A stretch of DNA of 20,000 bases from Catajapyx aquilonaris (taxonomy: Eukaryota): contig KZ538333.1 in assembly GCA_000934665.2 (NCBI GenBank), positions 61,721 to 81,720 of the forward strand, given 5' to 3'. Position numbers and translations under genes: made by a program. Shown one piece after another: positions 11,901 to 20,000 of this stretch. The notes beneath the pieces were generated by a model. The model was given only the letters and a program-made list of their open reading frames with translations, made no database searches and had not been told where the DNA came from. How positions within the stretch are numbered: the stretch's first letter is position 1; each line of letters starts with the position of its first letter.

Positions 11901-13181
11901 GGCTATTTTGTGAAAATAGAGAAAGGTTGGTAATTTTCTTTGATTCAAGTGTGTCAAAAATTGTGGGAATTTTGAAACATCCCGTATGTTAATATTGTAG
12001 TACGGTATCATTATAAGATGAGAAACATTTTACTTGTTCAAACCAGTCTGCACCATACCATTCTGAAACGTCCAAGTAGTGTATCACCCTACAGCTGTGG
12101 ATGTTCGAGAACAGCATACGATTATTATCCAACTGAACAGTTCTTTCTTCCACTCTCTAGAACATTCCGCCGGCTATGGACACAAGTGGGCCAGAATGTT
12201 GCGTTGTATCGTAACTTCCCTCGCTTGGTGGGAGAATGTGGTGGGAAGAACTACCACTTTGTTCATCCTACAGCAGATGCCGCCTCTGTCGTATCCGGCA
12301 CAATCCGATCTGCTTTTGAGTATTCGGGGCAAAAATGCTCTGCATGCTCCCGCATATACGTTCCCCGCTCCCTCTGGCCGTCAATCAAGGAAGGACTGCT
12401 GGAAACTCACAAGCAGATCAAGGTTGGACCACCTACTGACTTCACCAACTTCACATCTGCTGTCATAGACGGGAAGGCATTTGGAAGAATCCGGGGTTAC
12501 CTGCAGCATGCCAAAGACTCTCCAGCAGTAACAGTGTTGGCTGGAGGAGAGTGTGATGATTCAGTTGGCTACTTTGTTCAGCCAACCATTGTCGAGTGCA
12601 AAGACCCACATGACTCAATCATGCGTGAGGAGATATTTGGTCCAGTGGTAGCAGCATATGTGTACGAGGACGGTAAGGTGGATGAAACCATGCGCTTGCT
12701 TAGGGACTCCACACCATACGCTCTCACTGGATCCATCTTTGGGAATGATCAGTAAGTAATTGAATACTAGACCTTACTGCAAATTGCAGGTAAAGCATTA
12801 TTCCTGATCATGGCTGCACATATAGGTTGTTTTGTGCATTCCCCCAGGTGATTAGCCCCCATCAGTGGCTGGTATATGGGATCATTTTGATGTCTCAAAG
12901 AACCACACCTTTCTTGTATTGTTTTCACCAAATATGGATTGCTCCGCAGGTCATTCCTGGAAAAGGCGACTGAATTTTTGCGGGAGACTGCAGGAAACTT
13001 CTACGTGAATGACAAGTCCACTGGATCGGTGGTCGGCCAGCAGCCATTTGGAGGTGCTCGCAACTCTGGTACCAATGACAAGGCAGGTGGACCTCACTAC
13101 GTCCTGAGATGGGCCTCCCCGCAGTCCATCAAGCAGACCTTCGTTCCACTCACTGGCTGGGAGTACCCACACATGAAATGA
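8980..13181 (+). CDS. ALDH4A1: Delta-1-pyrroline-5-carboxylate dehydrogenase, mitochondrial (571 aa)
   Basis: Exons 8980-9029, 9370-9455, 10094-10227, 10948-10995, 11057-11212, 11404-11822, 12161-12751, 12950-13181, phase-consistent, 1716 nt. Basic, acid-free presequence MFPLIKSVLPRSGAANR. Motifs NEP, QAEIDAAAELADFFRFN, SPFNFTAIGGNL, WKPS, FTGS, GECGGKN (catalytic Glu), YSGQKCSAC (catalytic Cys), EEIFGP, QQPFGGARNSGTNDKAG. Confidence 0.97.
9715..9776. mobile_element. 62-bp palindromic MITE-like insertion, PIF/Harbinger-type, in P5CDh intron 2
   Basis: Perfect 24-bp arms AGGCCATTTCACAAAAAAATGTCG (9715-9738) and its reverse complement (9753-9776) around a 14-nt loop. Flanked by TAA on both sides (9712-9714, 9777-9779). 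Confidence 0.65.
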
Positions 13182-13448
13182 GATGCCCCACCCAGTGCAC
13201 ACACAAATCTTATTTTATGTACTAACCGACAACTGCCTTATGATAACTCACTGCACTCACTTTTATCCTGCAGTGTTGTTTGGGGCTTCCTCAATTTTTA
13301 AACCAAGTCATATGTAACCAAAAATATATATGCATTAGGAGAAAAAAATATATGTATTCTAGTCACATTTTGCAGTTTTCTTCTCTACAATTTTTGTCAC
13401 ACTGACCCTTCATAGCTTTTTTGAATAACATAATGACATTGTACAGTA

Positions 13449-13607
13449 CAGTCGGTTAAAGGATTTCCTTTCCACATGAGGCGGGATTATTAGCATCCAA
13501 CAGAGGTGCTTCCTCCCCCTGATGCAATGACTCGCACTCCCCTAGCTAGCACCTGTTGGAGGCTAATAATCATGCCTCATGTGGAAAGGAAATCCTTTAA
13601 CGGACTG
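13449..13607. mobile_element. 159-bp Tc1/mariner-type MITE with about 60-bp TIRs
   Basis: CAGTCGGTTAAAGGATTTCCTTTCCACATGAGGC... (13449-13510) is the near-perfect reverse complement of 13548-13607 (...GCCTCATGTGGAAAGGAAATCCTTTAACGGACTG). TA on both sides and CAGT termini. Confidence 0.85.
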
Positions 13608-13687
13608 TACATATGCTGCTGAAATCCTACTGAACGCAAATCGTACTCTTTACAAGACTGAGCCTCTAGAAACAAGCAGGTTATCGG

Positions 13688-14280
13688 TAGAGTCTGGATT
13701 TTTAGGCAAATGCCTATTTAGTTCCTTTTGAGTTGGGATGGTTTTGTGAAGAGTTTCATAAGTGCAGGATGTGAAAAATGTAGATTTTATAGTGCCTAAA
13801 ATCGCCTATTTCGTGGTTTTGGGAACTATTTTGCCTTTTTTAGGATAGTTTTTGAACTTTTTGAAGCAATTTTGGGACTTTTTGGGCGTGTTCTGGATCC
13901 ATTCCTTCAGAGGCATGTTTGTTTTTTGTGGTGTACTTTTTGTGCTCCTGAAAGGACCACAATCGTTCAAAGTAATTAGTTTCACTAAGGAAAATCTAGA
14001 AAAAGATTTGGTGACATCCTGTGCAAGTGGAAATGGGCTGTAAGCGGTCGAGTCCAGGGCAAGTTATACTTCCTTGCACTTTGTCTTTTGCCAAAGTTTT
14101 GTGATTTTTTCTCAGTTTATCGTAGTTATTCGGTTTTTGCTCTGGTTTGTGGCCTTACCTCATACTTTAGGCCTATAAAAATTGTCTAGGTTTTAAATTT
14201 TATGTAACATTATCCTCCCGTGAAAGCAACATTTTTGTGCCTATTTGAGGGTTTTTTTGTGCCTAAAAATCCGGACTCTA
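13688..14280. mobile_element. 593-bp non-autonomous hAT element (MITE)
   Basis: 21-bp TIRs TAGAGTCTGGATTTTTAGGCA (13688-13708) and TGCCTAAAAATCCGGACTCTA (14260-14280), one mismatch. 8-bp TSD GTTATCGG (13680-13687) and GTTATCAG (14281-14288). Repeated internal GCCTAWWW motifs. No coding capacity. Confidence 0.88.
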
Positions 14281-15618
14281 GTTATCAGGTACATAAATGG
14301 TTCATCATCGGGTGCAGTTTCATGATGCAATTGTATGCACTACTGATACCAAGAGCTGATACGTGCTCTTCATCCCTTGTGGCAGGCTACTGTACGGAGA
14401 AGCATTTCCTCTTTTCATACACTACTTCAACCTATTAATCAGAATTATTGCAGTTTTTCAGTTATTACAGTTTGTTACATATTGCTGCTATTACATATCC
14501 GTGTTCATACATTCTGAGATCATCACAACAGATGTGTTGTCAGTCGCTTGTTATTTTTAACATACTACCAGTAAGTAACAAAAAAACACTAGGTGTAGAA
14601 CACTTCATATAAACTGTAAAAAGTTGTATAAATTACCCCACTGAACCTTTTAAAACCTGGCAATTTGATCTGAGGCAGAGGAACATTGTAAAGGCCAGTT
14701 TTGGCCTGTACACGCATTTGTGGCAAAGCAACATGACATTGTGAATTACCGACAAAAGGGAAGAGTTGCAGCAACAATGTCTGCGTGAGAGGTTCGTTGC
14801 GAAGATACGTATAGTGAACAATCTGCTATGTCTGTTCATAACTCAAAAGTGACTACCATTTGAGAAGGACTGGGGCATGACTGGGTATAGTGGATGTGGG
14901 GTGCAAGGTTCAAGTGCAACTTGCTACACAAGAGTATTATCAATCCCATATTATCTTCATGGCCATTTTCACTTGTACTTTTTAGGGACAAGGGACCATG
15001 ATAATATTTGGTTAACAATATCTTACTCCAGCTTCTCCCTGTCATCTAAAGTGCATGACTTTGTGTATTTTTTCACAAAGTCTGCAGACCATTCGAGTTT
15101 TAAATGTAAGGAGTCATTTTGCAGGTTGGACTCCCAAATTAGAGATTGCTGATTTCAAATGTGCCATCAGTTTTGGTAACAACCATATCAGAAATGTAAA
15201 ATTTCAAGTCAATGGTTCCATGCCAACTCATAATTTCCTCTGGTGGTGAAGAGGATACAGCCACAATAAGAAGGAAACAATAGCAATCAACAAAGTAATG
15301 CCAGTAGGTAAAATATGCTGTCAACATAATTACTCAGTTTCACCTGATGGATGAGCAATTGTTGGTAGGTTCCCAATAGCCTTGGTAGGAATCACAAGTG
15401 ATAAGTACCTTGCTAGGCAGGATATGAATTAAACCTGGAGAACCTGCATTGTCAAATTACAAAACTGACCACATACGTACATGCTTGGAATCTGTGATTT
15501 TTATTTCTGATTTTTTGAGCCCAACCAGCTGAAATGCCAAACCCTTCCTGTAAAGCAATGTGTCCTCTCTTCTACTTATTGGATTCCAGTGCAGAAAAAA
15601 TGGTAACAATTCTACTCG

Positions 15619-16320
15619 CTACTGCATTTCTTTGCACAAAACTTCCCAGATTTCATGTCCATCACTCCAAGGATGCACTTTAGCCTTCAAATCAGCCCCA
15701 TTCACCAAGTCTGCCAATGAATATCCAACTCGTGGGAAGACAATGTCAGTGGAACTGAGCCTCAGTGCAGGGCAGAGGTCATTGCGTCCATCCCCCACAT
15801 AAGCCACCCTGACTCCCTCTATTCCAACTTCTTTCAAGTAGCTGTCCAGAATGGATCCTTTGCAAAGATTCTTGGTACTGAGCTTGCACCAGTCCTGAAG
15901 GTGGTACATTTCTATTTCCAATTTCCCACTGGCATCAAACTTGGCAGGATTTGTGAATATTTTATCAACACAGTCAGAGAGTCCATTGGATTCAAGACAG
16001 CTGGATATGAACTTGGAGTTCGAGTCCGACACAATCATGACACGTGCACCAGATTTCCACAGGTCAAGCAGGAGTTGAGTCATCCCGGAAGTGAATGGGA
16101 TCGAACTGACACACGACAGCATCTGCTCTGGACTGACTCCAAGCTGATGGAGGTGCTGGAATATCTGCCCCATGTAGGCAGTCCATCCGTCCTGACGGTA
16201 GAGGTGGCGAATCTCCTCAGGCACCTTGGAGTTTGGGAAGAGTCGGGTTACTTCCACGTCACTGTTGGCATCAATCAGGGTGTGGTCAAAGTCAAAGGCT
16301 GCTACCCAATTGGACAGCAT
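15619..16320 (-). CDS. PHOSPHO2: HAD-family phosphatase, PHOSPHO1/PHOSPHO2-like (pyridoxal phosphate or phosphoethanolamine/phosphocholine phosphatase), about 233 aa
   Basis: Uninterrupted ORF with AFDFDHT (motif I), IVSDSN (II), IFTNPA, NLCKG (III) and YVGDGRNDLCP (IV). The ATG at 16320 directly follows an acceptor-like CTCCAG. Alternative starts are the in-frame ATG at 16329 or an upstream exon ending ATG|GTGAGG at 17039-17037. PHOSPHO1 versus PHOSPHO2 orthology is not resolvable by eye. Confidence 0.9.
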   Translation of the reverse strand: MLSNWVAAFDFDHTLIDANSDVEVTRLFPNSKVPEEIRHLYRQDGWTAYMGQIFQHLHQLGVSPEQMLSCVSSIPFTSGMTQLLLDLWKSGARVMIVSDSNSKFISSCLESNGLSDCVDKIFTNPAKFDASGKLEIEMYHLQDWCKLSTKNLCKGSILDSYLKEVGIEGVRVAYVGDGRNDLCPALRLSSTDIVFPRVGYSLADLVNGADLKAKVHPWSDGHEIWEVLCKEMQ

Positions 16321-16689
16321 CTGGAGCATAGTCAAAAATCATACGCTGGGCCAAACGCTGCTCTTTTCCTTTTGTCGAAGATGTAGCCAACATTATTTAA
16401 ATTTCTGTGAACTTGTCTGTAACAGACCCTGGAGAATTTTCTGTACTTTAGGCTTGTCCCAGTGCAGGTTTTTCAGCACAATTCACATAATGATACTTAT
16501 TCAGGATAGGTACAAAAAATTCAGAGTCCGCTACAAACAGGTTTCACTGTGCTTGTACAGTGTGTACTGCAAATGTAAATCTAGGAAAAAGTGCAATGAT
16601 AAGACATAACTTGTACTTATGCAAATGGGGAAATTAATTTCTGCTGCAGTTGCCATTATCTTTCTCAGCAGTAAAGCCGGTTAAAAATA

Positions 16690-17460
16690 GCACCCTGCGT
16701 CTAATATCATGTGAAGGTCATCGTCTCAGCCGGTGTCAGTCGCACGCACCTGTTTGGTCGCCATGATACGAGTTCGTCGACAGTAATACCGCCGTACCAC
16801 GTCCAGTATGACTCGAACAATCTCCTTTGTACTGCGTGTGACACAAGCAAAACAACACGTCCGTCGTCCGGACTCCTCGCTACAAGGTCTCTATCAGCAC
16901 GAGGGCGGCCATGTTCGCTACGGACCTTGAATAGCGCGGAGTCCGGCCAATCCGGCCCGCGATCGCAGCGCTGCATCAGGACAAGCTGCTTACTAATAAG
17001 CGGCTTATTCATGCTTGTAAACAAGGAGAACCTCACCATCTCAATGCAAGAGCGTGCTGGAGTGCGGTGCCCACTGTATTTCCAAGCCTGGATCGAGGGC
17101 GAGGCGACGCCTAAGCTGCTTACGCTGTTCGCTTGTGGGTACCGCTGTTCTACGGGCGATTTCGTTGTCCTGCCGCGCACCAGTGTTGTACCAGTGTACG
17201 GGCGGACCAGCCGGAGCAGCCGGCATCGCGTGGCAGTAGCAGAGGTAGGCCTTTTGACTCGTCCGGGGAGCCGTCCCTTGCTAGAAAGTCGCTTAGTCCT
17301 GGGCAGGGTTTCATGTAGTCGCTTACGGGTTTGCCAAATGGCGGGGGAAATGCGAATCGAACCAAGTTGGCTCAATCCGCAATACCGGGACCGGTACTTC
17401 AAGTTTTACGCACGAAATTTCTCTGTGGGTAACATAAGTGAGCCTTTTATTCGATGTCGC
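16690..17460. promoter_or_regulatory. CpG-rich bidirectional promoter and first-exon region of the PHOSPHO-like and ZBED-like genes
   Basis: Sharp rise in GC and CpG between two divergent CDSs. Candidate donors at 17036 (- strand, ATG|GTGAGG) and about 17245 (+ strand, GAG|GTAGGC). Acceptor TCTGCAG ending at 17707 just before the ZBED ATG. Confidence 0.6.
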
Positions 17461-17724
17461 ATTTTGTGTATCATCATCAGTTTTTTTAAAATACGTATAC
17501 ACCTAAGAGGGTGACCCAAAAGTCTGGACACAGGTCATTGAATTACTATAATCACAACAATATATTCAATTGCCAATCACCCTGCAGATTGAAAATGTCA
17601 CACCACCTTTGGGCTGCAAAGGCTTTCGCCTTTTTGTATGTTTGTTCCTGGTTTATGCAATGCAGGTGGGTTAAAATCAACTGACAGTTGCTTCTTTGAT
17701 CTGCAGGACACAGCTTGAGTAAAA

Positions 17725-19636
17725 ATGAACTCGCCAAGTAAGAAGCGGAAGAAGGTGAGCGCCATATGGAATCACTTCTCTGAGACTCGTCCGGGGTATG
17801 CGGTGTGCAACCTTTGTGAGCGGGAACTGTCCTGTAAGACGACTGTCACCAACCTGCGCCAACACCTCAAGATAAAGCATCCCGCAGTATCAATCAATGA
17901 AACTAGCACTTCTACTGGAGACTCGATTGTTGATAACTTGTCGATGTCTTATTCTATTGTGGAGCAGCTGAACCATGCTGCTGAAAACTTTGTTGCTGTG
18001 ACACCGTCTGTGGGCACAAGTCAGGCAAGGGCAGGGGCATCTATGGTAACTTCAACTCCAAAGCCACTTGACGGAAGTCAGTCAAGTGATGGGTCTCAGA
18101 TGGCAAAAACACCCATGTCACAGCAACGTCGGGCAGAAAAGGCACTGTTACGTCTGTTCTACAAGGATTACCATTCCTTTAGTCTTGTGGAGAGCAGTAC
18201 ATTTATCAACTTCATTTCCGCTCTGAGTCCAGGTTACAAGCTGCCATCCAAGGATATACTTTTGAATAATGCAATTCCACAGCAATACGAGGCATGCATG
18301 CGTGATATGAAACGCAAGGTTCGAAGTGCCACCAAGTGCTGCTTAACAACAGATGTGTGGATGTCAGTATCCACTGATCACTTCATCAGTGTTACTGCCC
18401 ATTTTGTGTCGGACCAGATGGAAATGGAGCATGTCCTGCTAGATTGCGCAAACATTGATGAGACCTGTCACAGTGCCGATCTTGCCAAGCTACTCCAGCA
18501 GGTCCTGAAAGAATGGAGTTTGGATGGGAAGGTTTCATTGGTTGTCACAAGTGACAGTGACGGGATGAAGGACACCGTTGTCAGTGAGCTTTCCCTGAAG
18601 CATTTCACATGCTATGCTCATACACTGAACACAGTAGTTGACTCAGCATTGCAGGTGATGATGCCCATGATAGAGAAGGTAAGGGTCTTGGTACACATGA
18701 TTTTGATATTCTTTCAATATTACATATTTCGATATATAGGGTGTCCACATTGAACCTCCCTAGTTTCAACTTGCTACCATTACACAAGTTACTGGACCAT
18801 GGTGTTGAAATTGTACAAATGAGAAGGAACACTTGACAAGTTTATGTAAAAAAATCAGTAGCTTTCCACATGTGCTCCTTTAGTAGCAATCACCATTTTA
18901 ATCCGATAATCTCCCTCCTCCGAGTCCCGTCATGTCAGGGGTGATGGCGGACACATCATTATTTGGGCTGACCACTTTAGTTGCATGCTCTCTGTCATGT
19001 GCAGTAGTTGTGGAAAGGCGAAATTTTAAGCATGTCCAGCACTTCTGTGATCGACTTAAGCTTGGCTGACCACCACACAACTTGTGTTTTTCCCTCTGTA
19101 GATACTATGTTTACATCTTCCAACAGCATCCCCCACAGGAGCACCACCGCATCACATAGACCATTCCAAAAATTCAGTATGAAACTTGTTGAGTCTCCAG
19201 ACTGTTTAAACAACAGAAACCTTATATACCTCTCCATTTCTATTTTTTTCTGCTCTTTGAAACTAGGGAGGTTCATTGTGGACACCCTGTATTCTGATTG
19301 ATATCTTTCCACAGGAAATGTGTCATGTTTTGGAAAGAAACTTGACCTGTCCCTTGTCCTTGTGCAATGTGCAGTAATTGTCACGTTCCATCTCTTTTGC
19401 AGGTGAAGACTCTGGTGTCATACTTTAGAGCCAACTCAGTTGCTGCGAAGAAGCTGGCTGCTGCCCAGAAGAAGGCTCCAAATGAGCAGAAGCATCTACT
19501 TCATGACTCAGGTATTGGGTGGATCTCCACCTTCTGGATGCTTCATCGCTTTGTGGAACTGGATGAGGCTATCCAAGTAGCATCTGTGGTGCGCACAGAG
19601 TCTTCCCCAGATCCAATGACAGATGAAGAGTGGAAG
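17725..19636 (+). CDS. Zinc finger BED domain-containing, hAT-transposase-derived protein (ZBED1/ZBED4-like); continues beyond the window
   Basis: Exons 17725-18678 (AAG|GTAAGG) and 19403-19636 (TTTGCAG|GTG...AAG|GTGAGT), both phase 0. NLS-like KKRKK, BED finger (SAIWNHF..CNLC..TNLRQHLKIKH), FSLVES..F..PGYKLPS, LTTDVW, FISVTAHF, CYAHTLN, VKTLVSYF, WISTFWMLHRF, EEWK. Confidence 0.88.
18737..19289. mobile_element. 553-bp Tc1/mariner-type non-autonomous element in the ZBED intron
   Basis: 33-bp TIRs TAGGGTGTCCACATTGAACCTCCCTAGTTTCAA (18737-18769) and TTGAAACTAGGGAGGTTCATTGTGGACACCCTG (19257-19289), two mismatches. TA on both flanks. CAGGGTGTCC-type terminus. Confidence 0.85.
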
Positions 19637-19737
19637 GTGAGTTTCAGTTGAGTCATTCCTTATTTTCAAGGCATGCTATCCTTTTTAAAATATTAACCCA
19701 TATGTTTGAATCAAACCCATTGTCTGGCAGATCATCC

Positions 19738-19793
<56 letters not shown>

Positions 19794-19821
19794 TAATAAT
19801 AATAATGATAATAATAATAAT
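19738..19821 (+). repeat. (AAT)n microsatellite, 28 units including two GAT interruptions, intronic
   Basis: Directly visible tandem AAT run. Confidence 0.97.
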
Positions 19822-20000
19822 GTTATATATTGTTTTAAAGTTTCCTAAGTAACATGCGCAAGTTGTTTGTAATTTTTTTCATAAGAATGACAGCTTGTCA
19901 TGTTAGGCGTATTCGGCAATTCAGGAATCTGACTTCCTGGGCTGTTTGGATGTTCGGCAAATCAGGTGCCACGCCCCCTGAAGTAAGTGCGCATGCGCCC

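Noticed and set aside
14400..15600. Short ORFs and splice-like signals between the hAT MITE and the phosphatase stop, including a hydrophobic stretch near 15230-15320 on the - strand
   Set aside because: No consistent exon chain or recognisable protein could be built. Probably 3' UTR or intergenic.
16707..17514. Long overlapping ORFs (267 aa on +, 231 aa on -)
   Set aside because: Arg/Ser/Gly-rich translations with non-ATG starts and no recognisable domain. Best explained by stop-codon scarcity in the GC-rich promoter.
13688..19636. Idea that the ZBED protein mobilises the nearby hAT MITE as a local system
   Set aside because: The MITE's TIRs do not flank the ZBED gene and the protein's catalytic motifs look degenerate. 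Proximity alone is not evidence.
19630..19848. Poly-Asn ORF
   Set aside because: Translation of an intronic AAT microsatellite downstream of a strong donor at 19637.

Overview
Compact, intron-containing animal genomic DNA, probably an arthropod or insect (inferred from the insect-type transferrin N-terminus; the species cannot be identified). Five protein-coding genes were rebuilt by hand with phase-consistent GT-AG splicing: (1) the 3' half of a PDZ-containing non-receptor tyrosine phosphatase of the PTPN3/PTPN4/Ptpmeg type (+); (2) a complete 11-exon, 750-aa, highly divergent two-lobed transferrin-family gene (-) that appears to have lost most iron and anion ligands and ends in a GPI-signal-like tail; (3) a complete 8-exon mitochondrial P5C dehydrogenase, ALDH4A1/P5CDh (+), head-to-head with the transferrin; (4) a PHOSPHO1/2-type HAD phosphatase (-); (5) the 5' part of an intron-containing, hAT-transposase-derived BED-finger gene (+), head-to-head with the phosphatase. 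There are also four MITE-like insertions with recognisable TIRs and TSDs (two Tc1/mariner-type, one hAT-type, one PIF/Harbinger-type), an AAT microsatellite and two CpG-rich bidirectional promoter regions. No prokaryote-style novel system is evident. The best candidates for undescribed biology are the degenerate membrane-anchored transferrin and the apparently domesticated hAT/ZBED gene.
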